Origin: Psammoneis japonica | Taxonomy: Eukaryota | Assembly: GCA_008632985.1 (NCBI GenBank) | Contig: QPGO01000240.1 | Coordinates: 62,001-110,983, forward strand | Direction: 5' to 3' | Length of the DNA: 48,983 bases | Part shown: in pieces, positions 22,301-34,874 of the stretch | Layout: every line of letters begins with the position of its first letter | Numbering within the stretch: position 1 is the first letter of the stretch | Made by a program: the position numbers and the translations under genes | Notes under the pieces: model-generated | The model's input: the letters and a program-made list of their open reading frames with translations, nothing else | What the model was told of the DNA's origin: nothing | Databases searched by the model: none

Positions 22301-24262
22301 GTCTCATGTGCCTGTTTCGCTCGAACAGTCTCGACAGCGGAGAAACCGACTTGGTGTTCAATGTGGATGTAACTAGAGGCGTGGTCGACAAAGACACAGC
22401 TGCCAACATGCTGCTGGGAGGACGGTTTGCCGCATGAATCATGGGTGCGGCCCTTGAGACGTCATTCGAAATGGTCGACGCTGATGGACTGGCCCGGATT
22501 GAGATGGTCAGCCTTCAACGCTCCATCGCGCTCAGGGTCGGATTTGTGAATGGCAGACTTCAAAGAACGGCGATGAGCCTTGGCATGTTTGCATGTGTCG
22601 CATTTTGGAATGTCGCATTTGGATGCTGCCTTGAATTTCATGGCCTCGAACGGATGGCCGCGGAGCAGAGCTTGGATCTTGGGAAAATGTAAGTGCCCAA
22701 AGCGCGCATGCCATTCATTGAGAAGCTTCTGTCCAGCAGACAGATTGAGGTCATCCGGGTCGCCAATGGCGCTCAAATTGACTTGTGGTGCATGGACAGA
22801 ACCGAGAGTCGCACAGCCAACCGGCAAGTGGGAGCGCTCATTGCACTCGAGCGTCAACTCCGGCGTGTCTGCGAAACAAACCTTGAAAATCTCACTGTCA
22901 CCCCAAAAATGTCCTTTGATGCTGTCTGCATGGAAGAGACGTTGTGGAGAAAGCAGGCGAACCTTGGAGGACGGGACGAGACAGGCGCGGAGCTGGGTGG
23001 CAATTTCGTGACCCTCCCTGGCTTGAAAGGTCCACGTGACGGTGCCCTCACCAGTGATGCACATGCCGTCAGCCATGCCACCAAGGCGGAGTGGGGTCCG
23101 GCAGCACTTGATCAGACCATCAAAATCTTTCTCGTCAGGAGTGATGGCCTGCGAGGCACCAGTGTCAAAAACAACCTGGAGATCACTTGGTCCGACATGA
23201 AAGACCGACATGAAAGAGGGCCTGGGGATCAGCGGCGAAACGCGTAAGTTGGGTCTCCCCGGAAATGGCACGAAGTGCAGCGGAGGTTGGCAAAGCGGGG
23301 GAAGCCAATGGATCCTCTGCAGCGAGCTCCGGAGCATTGGTGCAGTCGACAAAGTAGCGGGCGTGACACAAGTCAGCAATGCCGAAGACATCCGGGCTCG
23401 AGCAGTCAGACTCGCGGAAGGTGTCAGCATCGAAGAAGCATTCCGCATGGATGGGGAGCTCCGTGTGCGCATCAAAGAAATCGTCGTTGTCACTCTTGTC
23501 AACCAACTTGGAAAGTTTGAAAGGTAGAGTGGCGGTGTCTTGCTTGTCTCCCTCTGAGCGCGCCAACTCACATTTGAATTGTCTGACCTTGACAGCATGG
23601 CACTGGACGAACGCACCGGGCGATGGATCGACGCGCTCATCAAGAGCGGAGACAACTTCGTATGTTTGAGAAGAGAGGCGGTCCAATGATTGAAAGGGGT
23701 GGGGAGGGACAGCGCCGCCGCACACAAAATGCCAAAGCGCAATCGCGCACGCAATCACGCCCCAACGACAGGGGCAGCGACACAGCGCAGGGCGGTGCTT
23801 GAGGCGACGTTCACGGCGGGGAGGAGGGGGGGGATCATCCTGGGAGCAGACGAGCCACAGGAGACCTTCCCAAAGCATTGCAGAGATCCAAAAGAGCGGG
23901 AGCTTGAGGAGATCCCACAGCAACAGATGGTGAGCTTGGGGAACCGGTGGATCCGGCGCGGGGTCGGGTCCGGACTCGGCATCGAAGAAGAACTCAGCCG
24001 CAGGAGCCGGAGCACCCGAAGTGGGGACACTGGATGAAGGAGGAGTCGTGGGCGGAAACACAACAATGGAATCGTCCCAAGACAGGTCGTCACATGCATC
24101 GAAGCAATCGCTGAAGTCGTCAGCATCTTCAGGTTCGACGGTCTCGACTGCAGCTGGTGGGCGCTCCCTCTGAGACGCAGAAGCGGGTTTGCAGGAGACT
24201 CGTGCGACAGACGGGTGGGAGGAGACGAGCCCTCGACCACACAACAATGGAATCCAGTCCAA
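19399..24262 (-). pseudogene. pol of element 2 (PR-IN-RT-RNase H)
   Basis: Protease VVFDTGAS. Integrase WHARFGH..CDTC, VDHFE, NAHHQNGVAER. RT FKARFCVRGD, LCGLKQAP, AVCVDD. RNase H CEDNQAC and QLADQFTK. A 13-bp tandem duplication at 23192-23217 causes a frameshift, and in-frame TGA stops occur at 22462 and 21589. Confidence 0.95.
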
Positions 24263-25956
24263 ACAAGCTCGTCCTCAGCAGGAGAGGGCTCGGGCGCATT
24301 GGTTGGGTCTGGAGTGGTCTGAGCGGGTGGCCCAGGTGGGATGCCCGAATCTGGGTCGTCAATGGAGGTAAGATTGGCCGCAGGTGGTTCTTGTTTCGGT
24401 GGTTTGCGAACATGATCTGACTCCTTGTGATTCGCGTGCATCCCCCGAATGCCGGTGTGCTTGCAAGTGCACTTTCCACAGAAATGCGTGGTCAAACCGC
24501 ACTTGTTCACGACGGGTTTGGATGGGTCTGCCGGACGGGTGCAACGATGGGGCTCGTTGGTGAGCAACTCCTTGAGTTTGGCTTGTTTGTCAGCAGGGAC
24601 AGTGTCAACCGTAACGGAAGATGCAGGAGGCGGTGCAGTGGCAGGTGGAACCGATGGGTTGTCCTTGCGACTGTTCTGTCGACGCTGCTCACGTTTCTCT
24701 TTCTTGCGCTTCTGACATTCGGCACACTTGGGACACTTGGGATCGTTGGCCCAGTGGTCCGGAGCACCACATGCATTGCAGGCCCCTTTTCCGGTCTTGG
24801 AAGTGTTGTTGCTCTGAGGGAGCTTGGTGGAAAGTCCGGGCCAATCCTTGTCGGTGACGCAGAAGCGATGCTCCTTCTGCAAGAAGGAAATGCACGCTGT
24901 GGGCCCTAGTTCATCACAGTCGGAGTCCGCGGCAATCGCCTTGGGATCGCTGAGGCAATGCTTGTGTTCCATGGTCGACACCTTGTCCAACTTGGCGCAA
25001 ATCTTGTGATTGAATGCCTCACATGAGGTCTTCTGGCACTTCTTGAGAATGCTCGACCCGAGGTCGATGGGTAACGCACACCCGGCTTGGAGCAGCTTGG
25101 TGAGACGGAGAGCTTCGGCAGCGAACTCAGTCACGTCCTCACCCGGGTAGGATGCAAGCGACAGAGCATCGAGGTCCTCAGCGGCTTGGGCAACATCATG
25201 CATGGCAGACGCATTGCAAGCATCCAAAGCCATCATCAAACAGACTTGACTGGGGCAGTGCTCAAAAAGATCGTCATGACCGAATTGGACCTCGATCTTC
25301 TCGCGGAATCGGTGGGAGATTCTAGACTCAACAACCAATCGGGAGAGAGCGACATCGTTGTGCTCGCAATCGTCACAGGCAGTGAAGTCCTTGGCGACGT
25401 TGGCGCGATGAAGGCACTCGGCAATCACCTCGTCGACCGTAAAAGAGTGGAGATGGTCGAACAGCGACACAACCTTCTTCTCGAGCTTCACAGCAAAGAA
25501 GTTCTCCAAGCCATGCTCCTTGACAAGGGCACGGATAGCCTGAACGAAGTGGGATTGATCGAGCTCGTTGGAGGTCGTGTCAGTGAGCTCGAGGTTTCCG
25601 TCAAACTTGACGACGAGTGTTCCGTCTCGAGCTTCGCGAAGAGCACGCTCGATGTGCGGTAGAATCTTCTTGTCGCGAGACTGGTTGGTTGAGCGGCAGG
25701 AACGAGGTAGCTTGGGCTTGTGGTCATCGTCTGACGGAGAACCGCCCATGTGTCGCCCATGTTCTGGATGGATCCCTCCACGCCTTGGAGGAGGCAGAGG
25801 TTGATTGGCTCCTGTGGTGGAACTGCTGTTCTTGCCAGCGGGAGTGGTGGGTGTCCCATTGCTGGTTCGAGAAGGTTGAGGAGTCTGACTCCTCTGTTGT
25901 GGAGTCTTGGTGCCCTTGGGGGTCTTGGACGGAGTCTTTGACGGCGTTCCGGCCAT
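24150..25956 (-). CDS. gag of element 2 (3' limit approximate)
   Basis: Long ORF from ATG 25956 with YPGEDV and a zinc knuckle CNACGAPDHWANDPKC, followed by a second CGKC...H cluster. Lies upstream of pol. Confidence 0.85.
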
Positions 25957-26440
25957 GGTGGATTTGAATCAATGCGCAGAACTTGGCACTGAAGCTGCGT
26001 AGAGTTTGAAACACAAACGGCAAAATGAAGTTCTTAATGCCGCATCGTTGGGAGACTGCCGCAGAAGCTCAACAATCAATCGGCAACAAGAGCATTGTCG
26101 TCAAACAGCGTGAGAGGCAGGTCTTGACTTGGCACAGACTCGGAGAGTTCGAAACGACTCAATCCGGGTTTGGCATCGCAACGGCCGAAAATGACGACGC
26201 TTGACGATGATGATTCCGGCTCCGTGGATCGGTTCCGGTGGCGGGAAAATGCGTGTGAGCCTGTCGACGAAGGAGGGAGGCTCAGCTGTGCGCAGTGTCG
26301 ACGTCGACAGACTGGAGACGTCTGTCGAATCGATGAACGGCGATTCCGTTTGAAGCGGATGATTGATGGCTTGAGATGACTGTCGCGTTCGACGAGAATG
26401 CGGTGGATTGGTGCAGTTCCGGTTAAAGACTCCACACACT

Positions 26441-26458
26441 GCGTTTGGGCTCACAACC
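26441..26458 (-). other. Primer-binding site of element 2, half-tRNA-iMet type, carrying a TA->CA mutation
   Basis: Minus strand GGTTGTGAGCCCA versus the copia/Ty5-type PBS GGTTATG(A/G)GCCC. The plus strand has CACAACC in place of CATAACC. Confidence 0.85.
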
Positions 26459-26653
26459 ACTTGTCATGCCGATGCATGACTGCAGATGTCGAAAGAGCTG
26501 ATGCTCAAGGTTGTAAACTAGCAGCTGTTGTTGTTGCAAAAGTCGTTGACTGAAAATTATGACTGCAACATCGAGCAGAGTTTTGATGGCGGAATTTGAA
26601 AATTGAAGCGCGCGATTGCGCGCAGTCGACAGGTAGATTGACAGACGTCAACT
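26459..26653 (-). repeat. 5' LTR of element 2 (hypermutated copy)
   Basis: Differs from 19185-19379 at 9 positions by my manual alignment, all TA versus TG/CA. Confidence 0.95.
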
Positions 26654-26658
26654 CGGGG

Positions 26659-28310
26659 AAGCAGAGCTTAAAAAGGCAGAAGAAACTCTGGACTTGGAGG
26701 CAGACAGTTTTGTCCATTCAGCAAACAAAGTGAGGCACTGTGCCTCAAAATGATCCCTGGGAAGCATGGCAAGGCTTCAAAAAAGGCAAAAGAAACTGTG
26801 GACTTGGAGGCAGAAAGTCTTGTCTGGGGACAGCAAACAAAGCAACACACTTTCTTGAACCAAAATGCAAGCAGAATGGGATTGTTTGACATCATGCATT
26901 GGGACACTTTGTCAAGTTGAGTTTGTCAGCAGCTTTTTGAGAAGATGGGATGACATTGTGGAGAAAGATGAGGGCCAGTCAGCAGAGGCTGGTTGTTGAT
27001 GAGCCACGAAAAGAGCAAGATTTCACTGGACCCACTGCAAGCTCATGTGCCATTGCTGCTCCAAACCACCCACTTTTGGAGAGCTTCTAAAAAAGATGAG
27101 TTGCTTCAAATGCAGCAACATTGTGTGAACAATGGCAGAACAACATTGTGTGTCTTTGAACACCCAGCATGATCCACATGTGGGAAAATTCTGGAGCTGA
27201 AAATCTTAAAAAATTTCCTCCCACCAAGTGCAGCCAAAATGTCAAAGCCATCTTGATTTGATTTGTTTCTCTCTGTGAGAACAGGTGCTGAAGAAAGCTC
27301 AAGCCAAGCAGGCTGGCAGAGGGTGGGCATGTGTCAAGCACGGCTGGGTGGTGGGCATGCTTGTTGCACGTGGCATGCATTGGTGTGGGTGCAGCTGCCA
27401 CTTTTTTCAAGCTCTGCCTTGCCCACCTTTGGGTTTGTAAAAAAAGGTGCTCACAATGGCACAGTGCAAAGCCTCTCTGCTCTCCCCCGACACTCTGCAG
27501 TGTCATTGTCTTTGCACTTGCTTTGCCGCCAGCGAGCATCTCTTGACTGTTTTTTTTTGTGCAAAGAGCAGTGCATGAGCAGCCAGAGTGGCAACTGCTG
27601 ATCTTGCTCAGTGCCAGGGCTTGAGCAGAGAGCTCCTTTTTCTGCATGTTTGGGCCACTCTTGCTTGTGAAAACAGAGCTTGGTGTGCACGCCGTCACGA
27701 CAAACCTCTCTCCAGTGCTTTTTGCAGAGTGGCGCGCAACTCTGCAAAACTAGCAGCAACAAGAATGCAAAGAAGTGGCAAGAGGAGATGACAGGGGCAC
27801 AGCTCTGTGCCAGCTCCAACAATCAGAAAAAAAGAGCAGCTGTGATGTGTCACACATGGGAAGGGGGGGGGCTGTCATGTGTGCAAAGAGTGCAAAAAAA
27901 AAAAGAGCGCCAGCACTCGAGGCTCACTCGAGTGTGTTTTGTGTGAAAGCAGCCAAGGGAGCAGTGGCACGAGAGTGCAAAGAGGGCACACAGGAACAGA
28001 TGGTGGTTGACTCACTCAAAGAGCTGTGAAAAAAGTGAGGCCCGAGGTGTGTGGCAGACAAGCAGGAGAAGCTGGAGGCTGGGCAGTGTGGGCTGCCCTC
28101 CTGCGCGAGGCACAGGAAAGAGATTGGTGGGCAGTTGCAAGAGGATCAGAGCGAGCAAGGCTCAAGTCAAGACTGAGAAGTTGAGAAGCACAAGATTGGG
28201 TGTAGAAGAGTGATGAGATGAGCCAAAGAGGTCAGAGGAGAGTTGTTTCCACATGCGGCATCAGGGTCCATGTGTGCAGGGCTGCATGCATTGACAGGCA
28301 CTGACAGCAG
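26659..28310. other. Degenerate TpA- and CpG-depleted block; begins with an imperfect ~100-bp tandem duplication into which element 2 inserted
   Basis: Very few TA and few CG. AAAAAGGCA.AAGAAACT.TGGACTTGGAGGCAGA occurs at ~26670 and ~26780. Composition returns to normal at ~28310. Confidence 0.75.
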
Positions 28311-28736
28311 CATACAGTCTTACAGCATTGAAAATACTTGTGAACGTATGCAAAGAAAGGTTAAATGTCGTTGTGACACACCGTTCATTTCATTTGCTTC
28401 GTTTATGAATACAAGAATTTTTTCGTACTATGACTGATGACTGCTGCGTAACGGGAATTCGGAGATTCACGTCACAGATCTGTATGCTCTATCAGATAAT
28501 TGTTGTAGAACATTTATTAGGGGCAATACGGACACAAAGTCGGGAATTTAGTTCGTGGCGGGAAGAAGTGCTGTTCGTGCCACCTCAAACCTGCTCATTT
28601 CCGCGAACAAAGTCGAGTGTTCGTGTTCACACACCGCTCGCGTGTTATTCATTTTATCTAAATTGCTATCCGCGTTCTCATTCGCAACCTGTACACAAGA
28701 AACAGAAACACTTATCGTTTCATTCATTCGTCAACC

Positions 28737-29396
28737 ATGCCCCCACGTTCAAGCCATGATGATCCTTCATTCTCCTCCATGCCGCTGCATCATGACTCAA
28801 TACTAGATAAGGCGGCCATGGAGCTCGAGTCAATGAAAGGCGACCGATGTTTGCACAGAATGCCCCCAGCGTGCTTTAGTTTGATCAAGTCTATGAAAGG
28901 CAATTCTTCATGCGTAGACTGTGGCTCGAGCGACCCAGATTGGGCCGCCATCAGCTATGGAGCGCTTGTGTGTTTACGATGCAGTGGACGACATCGCAGT
29001 CTCGGTGTTCAGGTAAGACACGTTACCGCTGTCTCATTGTCGAAAATCAATCCCACGAGTGATTATGCTCACAATCAAGTTTGATGCTCGTTTTCCTCAC
29101 TTTAGACATCTCGTGTTAAGTCTCTGACAATGGACGATTGGTCTCACGACCAAATCCTCTCCATGTTGGAGGGCGGCAACAAGCAGCTGTATAGATTTTT
29201 CAAACGCCACGCCTTGACGCATTGTGCAAAAAGTCCCCGTGTTGACGTTCGATACAAGACAAAGGCAGCTCGGTTTTATCGTGAACAAATGAAAAAGCAT
29301 GTATGTCAAGTTGTAGATGCTGGTACATATCAAGGTCGAGAGGCTTCGAGAATGTTGCACCGGCAGTCTTCCGGTCCACCTCTTTCCTCCTCGTAG
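28737..29396 (+). CDS. ArfGAP-domain protein (paralog 2); exons 28737-29012 and 29106-29396
   Basis: CVDC..PDWAAISYGALVCLRCSGRHRSLGVQ, GTAAG donor and TTTAG acceptor, then TSRVKSLTMDDW..MLEGGN..RYKTKAARFYR. Confidence 0.92.
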
Positions 29397-30255
29397 AGAG
29401 TTTTGCGATTTCGCATTCTTCAGAAGGAAGCATGCCTTATATTGTACAGCCCTTTACGTTTATGAAAATCGTGAAGGAGATTTTAGAAAGCCTTGACGTT
29501 GGTCTATTCACAGCTTTGGAACTGGACAGTGACTGTGGAGAAGAACGTCGTTAGAACGGGGTTGCCGTATCGTGACATCTAACGGTATCAGAGCCCAGAA
29601 CGTTCCATTTTTTAGTGGATTATACTCATATAGAAGCTATGAATTATGCAATGAATTCCCGTTGTGACAATGAACCTTTGCGATGAAGACGCGCTTCTCT
29701 CTCTAGTTAAAGCTCGCACTTCAGTGTCTCCCTTCTTTCGTCGCTTCAGCTTCTGCAGAAGGCAAAACTACGTCAGAATTATATGTGGCACTAATAGTGA
29801 CTTTGAAACAGGTCTACTCTAGAGTGCAGTAACCATTGCAGTTGTCTTCTCCTGTCATTGTTGCTGGTCCTCTTCATCTATGAAGGCGATCAAAAGCCTT
29901 GGCTCATGTGTATGATACACCGTATGTCGGGGTATTCCTTTTTTGTGTTGTACAGCTTCGAATAAGTTCAATGCTTGACATCATCCGACGTCAGCGTCTT
30001 TTATTTGCGCTGACGTAGAGTGTGATGCGCGAAATCAGCGCGGGCAAAAATAATGGCGGAAGTCGGTTTGAGCTCATCACCCGATAGATCACCAGACAGA
30101 AGATCTGCGACCTGCGACCGTGCATCGTGTGTTGTTCATCGTTTCATCATCTTCATCTGCTCCGTTGTGGAGTTGTCCTCTGCCCGTCCTCAGTTAGTAC
30201 AACATCTCCGATTGTTGTTCTACTCTTACATACCTGGCGGTAATACAGATTCACG

Positions 30256-32130
30256 ATGAGTGAACGAAGAAAGAACGATGATGCAGACCCTGATGGCTCG
30301 TTACAAGTGGCCCGAGGCATGACCGACAAGGAGGCTCGGAAACACCATCACGAAATTGTCAATAAGAAAAAGTCAAAACAGGATCGCGCTCGGATTGAAA
30401 AATACTTGGGAGGTCCCAATGCGCACTACCAACAGCAGCGTCTCGAAGTGCTTCGCAAAGATGACAAGAACATGAACATGGATCGGCTGACGCCCTATCA
30501 GAAACGAGCTTTGAACAAACGACGTGGTAGAGGAGTGGACAAGGTGACGCGAGCCCAGTTGGATCGACAAGAAGCAAAACGAATGGAGGCTGCTGTAGCT
30601 GCGGCGGATGCGCAAGTGGTGCTTCACACGGAAACTCCGGGGTTGGTTCAAGCAGAACATGATATGGAACGTACTACCGCTCTGACGCAATTGCAGTTGA
30701 AACGCGACCATCTCAACGAGCAAACAGCACGACAAATATATGATTTGAAGCTGTCAGATTATGCCCCATATGGCGTTGAATATGATCGATCCGGGCGATG
30801 TGCGCTATTGTATGGACAAGGTGGGCATGTAGCAATGATGGATTGTCATTTACAAAAGTTGGAAACGGAGTTTTACGTTCAAGAACGAGTTCGCGATGCT
30901 ACCTTTTTACACAATACGACTCTCTTTGCCACGGCGCAGTCCAATCATGTTTTCATATACGACAATGCCGGTGTAGAAATACATCGGCTAGAAGAACACA
31001 GCGATCCTTTTCGACTGCAATTCTTACCTCATCATTGGCTGTTAGGTACGTGTGATTCTGATCATGCATGCTGATATTTCTCAAGGTCAACTGACCCTAT
31101 TTCCCTTTTGTCGTTGTTTCTGTAGCGTCGGTTGGTCGTGCGGGATGGCTGAAGTACCATGACACGTCAACAGGCGACTTGGTGTCCCAGCATCGAACAA
31201 AGTTAGGCAGCTGTAAAGTAATGAGACAGAATCCCTCCAATGCCGTCATGCACTTGGGACATCACAATGGCACTGTGACACTCTGGTCTCCTGCTAGCAG
31301 TGAATACCTTGTAAAGCTGCTATGTCACAGGGGTTCGCCCGTATTGAGCATGGCTATCGATAAAAGTGGACACTATATGGTGACCGGTGGAGCCGATCGG
31401 CAGGTTAAGGTTTGGGATTTGCGAATGTACAAGGAAACACATGCCTACTACACACCTGCGGGTGTTCCCGACGACAATGGATATTTCGCAACGGGGAGTG
31501 CTAGGTATAGGGCATTCCATCCATGCCACGTTTTGGAGCCCAGAGGCATTGCATACCAAGGAAAAGAATCCGTACATGCACCATCAAGTCCCTGGTTGCG
31601 GACCGCTCGAGACGTTGAGGTTTAGACCTTTTGAGGACGTTTGTGGTATCGGACACGCAGGTGGGATGAGCTCTATTGTCATTCCCGGGTCAGGTGAACC
31701 CAATCTGGACACCATGGAATACAATACAAATCCCTTTCAAGATAAACAGCAGCGCCGTGAGGCCGAGGTTCGGTCACTGCTTGATAAACTCAGTCCAAAC
31801 ATGATTTCATTAGATCCCGATGTCGTGGGTGGCATTGAAGAGAGCGATCCGCATCGACGGTTGGAACGGATTCGGGATTTGCAAGAAGAAGCAAACGCCA
31901 AGGTTCTGCCAAAGAAGAAACAAAAGTCAAAGAAGCGCGGACGTTCCAAGATCCAGACTCAGTTGCGTCGCAAGCACAAGAATATCGTAGATGCAAGCAC
32001 GATCAAGCTCCGCGAGGCACGCGAACATGAAAAGGCCGAGAAAGAAAAGGAGCGGAGGAAGAAAAAGAGAGGCGGGGAAGAAGATACCCCGAAAGACAAC
32101 GCCCCAGCAGCACTAAAAAGATTCTTTTAG
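30256..32130 (+). CDS. UTP7: U3 snoRNA-associated protein 7 / WDR46 (BING4); intron 31046-31125; apparent 1-nt frameshift near 31468
   Basis: LQFLPHHWLL, MRQNPSNAVMHLGHHNGTVTLWSP, FRPFEDVCGIGH, SIVIPGSGEPNLD, RREAEVRSLLDKL and terminal ALKRF. An extra C in GTTCCCGACG shifts the frame. Confidence 0.93.
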
Positions 32131-32209
32131 CATACATTAGAACTCTTAACCTGTGGATCTAGCACGACTGTCACTCTGTCATTACTCTTGGTCAATATTG
32201 CTGTCTTGG

Positions 32210-34248
32210 TCAATACTTCTCGAGCACGCTCAAGTCCATTCCGCTATTCACTTGAGGGACTGATTTCAGCATTTCAAGCAATGGTTGGACAACTGTAGAT
32301 CGAACTTCCTCAGCGTTCGTTCCTTCGACTTGCAAGCTAATGAGAGGATCGTGCAAGCTTTTTCTCAACATGAAGAAACCTCCATTACCGGTGCGAACAC
32401 GAATACCTTCCAAGTTATCCACATCCAAGGCCCAGTTGTTCGACGAAGAGTCGCACATGTTCTCAATGCCGAGTGCTGCATAGTCAAAAGTAGTCGAGGT
32501 TGTTTCCAACGATTCGTCAAAAACCTTCATACGCAGCTCTTCCTCAACTGGCATTTCTTCCATGTTGGCTATGAGATCTAGTAGACTCGCACGACCGTCC
32601 TTGTCCTGCGTAGAACAGGCTGATTTTGCCAGTAAGCTGATGATCTTGACAGCTGTGTACGTTCCATCATCGAGGTATCCATTTTCCTTCATAGCACAGT
32701 GTCCTGATGTCTCAATCGCCATCTCCGCATTGGCTTGGCCGCTCTCTGTCAATTGACGCGCCTTTCCAATAACGTTTGCATATCCCTTGAGGTAACGAAC
32801 GTGATTCAAGCCCAAATCTTCTTCGAGGAATTTGGATAAACCTTCAGAAGTTACAGAGCACGTGACAATCGTACATCCCGGAGAAGACGTGCTAAATATG
32901 GTAGCCAACAACGCTATGAGCCGGTTTCGGTTCAAGGGTTCGTATTCTGAGCACTTGCCATCCGCGGACACTCTTCGTGGGACAACAAAGCCACACCGAT
33001 CGGCATCTGTATCTAACATGACTCCCAAGTCCGCATTGGTCTCTTCACAAATTCTTGTGGTTTCCTTAATCATCTCATGGTACTCGGGGTTTGGAACGCC
33101 TACTGGAAAGTCGCCATTGGGTTCCAAGTGCATGGAAGAAGTCACGTCAGCGCCTAGATCTTTCAAAACATGATTAAAGAACCCGCCGGAGCCATTGCCA
33201 GCATTCAGCACAATGCGAAGTCCAGCAAGTGGACGTCGGGCGATGGCGCTCTTTTCTTCCTCGGGCAAACCTCGAGTCACCTCGTCCACAATGGCCTGTT
33301 TCAGCTTTGTCGCATATTGCGGCATGTAGTCCACCCATTCCGAACAAAAGACACTGTCTTTGCCAGAAGAAGGTGGCATAACTCCAGTGTCATGCCACGA
33401 TCGTGCGTGTTCCATGGCTAGCTCGGTCAATTCAAGCACGTTGCTCTTGCTTAATCCACCATCCTTTGTAAAGAATTTGATTCCGTTCCTATCCTTTGGT
33501 AGATGAGACGCCGTAATCATGGCTGAAGCGTCACAAAGGTTGGATCTATACGGAAAACATGCAAGAGAATTGAGAAAATAAGGATTCAGAAAAATGTAAG
33601 AATATGGAGCGCTGTTGAGTAGGCTCGTGTCTACGACTACAACAATTCAACTTACCTACAAAACTCAAACATTGCCGGAGTAGTCGCGAGTCCAGTATAG
33701 ACAACGCGGACGCCAGGGACACTCTGCGCACCACGAGCAAATGAATCACAGAGTCTCACGCTATGAGTCCGAGGGTCGTGTCCAATCGCAACAACAAGCT
33801 CGCTTTCGGAATTGGGATTCTCTCGCAAGAGCTTGGTTGCAAAGGCATGCCCCAGACAATGTGCTGCTAGAGGAGTCAGTGGCGCTAAACCACTCTCACT
33901 TTCGGCTTTTCCAATGGCATATGCGACATTGGCGAGAGATCCGACCTTGTTGTGATTTACAAATTTGCCTCTAATGTCTGATCCCGATGGCAAGCGACTG
34001 AATGAACGAAACAAGATCGAAAGCGACGGGGGCGTGTTGACATCATCGCATTCCGAGGAAGCGAATTGCGAAGCAATAAAACTGTCGGAAGACTTAGTGT
34101 CGCTGCTGCCACTGCTACTGCTGGATACCATTCGGAGCAACGAGGTGGGATCTTTGATGGGTATTGTCGTAACGGGCGCAAAGCCGGTCACTGCTGAATG
34201 CCCAACACATAACAGCCCAAACAGAGAACTGCGGCTCAGACGTCTCAT
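32210..34248 (-). CDS. Phosphomannomutase/phosphoglucomutase, probably plastid-targeted; intron 33546-33655
   Basis: GSDIRG, ATTPAM, catalytic ITASH, metal loop DTDADR and ETSGH. N-terminal hydrophobic signal followed by TGFAP (ASAFAP-like) and a Ser-rich transit peptide. Confidence 0.93.
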
Positions 34249-34874
34249 GGTGCTTTGGCTCTTTCTGATGTCTGATTACAGAAAAACGTTTCCTTATAAA
34301 ATGCGTCGAGTCAATCAACAGTTCGTGATTGGATGGATGTGATGGCTGTGAATGCAAAGAGTGATGATGGGTGATGGTGATGGCGTACCGGTATCTTCAG
34401 TAGAATGTATCTTTGCCGTTTGCCGGGGAGGGGGCATCGCCTCTTTTCGGCCGGGTTCCTTTTCATACATCCTGCTGTTGGCGGCGATGCAAGTGAAGCA
34501 GAAGGAGAACAGCCAATCAAAACTGCTATCGGGCTTCGCTCACGACTGATCCCTACGTGGATTCTACCAAGCAAGGATTTCTAAGTCTGTCTATCAGTCG
34601 TGCTAATTGAATCAAAACTACTATTCAGAATCGTTTATCCAAATATCTTTCGTCAATCGTGGACGCCATCAAACCTACGCAAACTGTCCGTATGATACTC
34701 GCACTGTAGTTTGTACGACGGTTTCTGTCCGAACCCTGGCGTCAATTTTCTGTTTTCCTGGCTTCCCGCAAAAACACGACGAAAACGACGGGGGCGACAC
34801 AGCTTGGATCACTCTTTACGCCCATCAACGACAACAATTTGTTGCTAGAGAGCAAAGAACTGAAGTACTTCGCC

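Larger units (their letters stand above)
19185..26653 (-). mobile_element. Full-length Ty1/copia LTR retrotransposon (diatom CoDi-like, different lineage from element 1), element 2
   Basis: Two 195-bp direct repeats. TSD CGGGG at 19180-19184 and 26654-26658. PPT GAGAGGGAG (19380-19388). tRNA-Met-type PBS. Domain order gag-PR-IN-RT-RH. Confidence 0.96.

Noticed and set aside
19185..26653. Classical RIP (CpA->TpA) or ADAR-type RNA editing as the cause of LTR differences
   Set aside because: Conserved Tyr codons and the PBS show TA is ancestral, and TAA/TAG stops do not accumulate. Changes occur on both strands and differ between LTRs, which RNA-stage editing cannot explain.
1..28310. Alternative genetic code (Cys/His codons read as Tyr)
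   Set aside because: Intact genes in the same window use TAY for conserved Tyr, and the change also affects non-coding LTRs.
31460..31475. Programmed frameshift or pseudogenisation of UTP7
   Set aside because: A single extra C in an otherwise intact, normally essential gene is most likely an assembly error.
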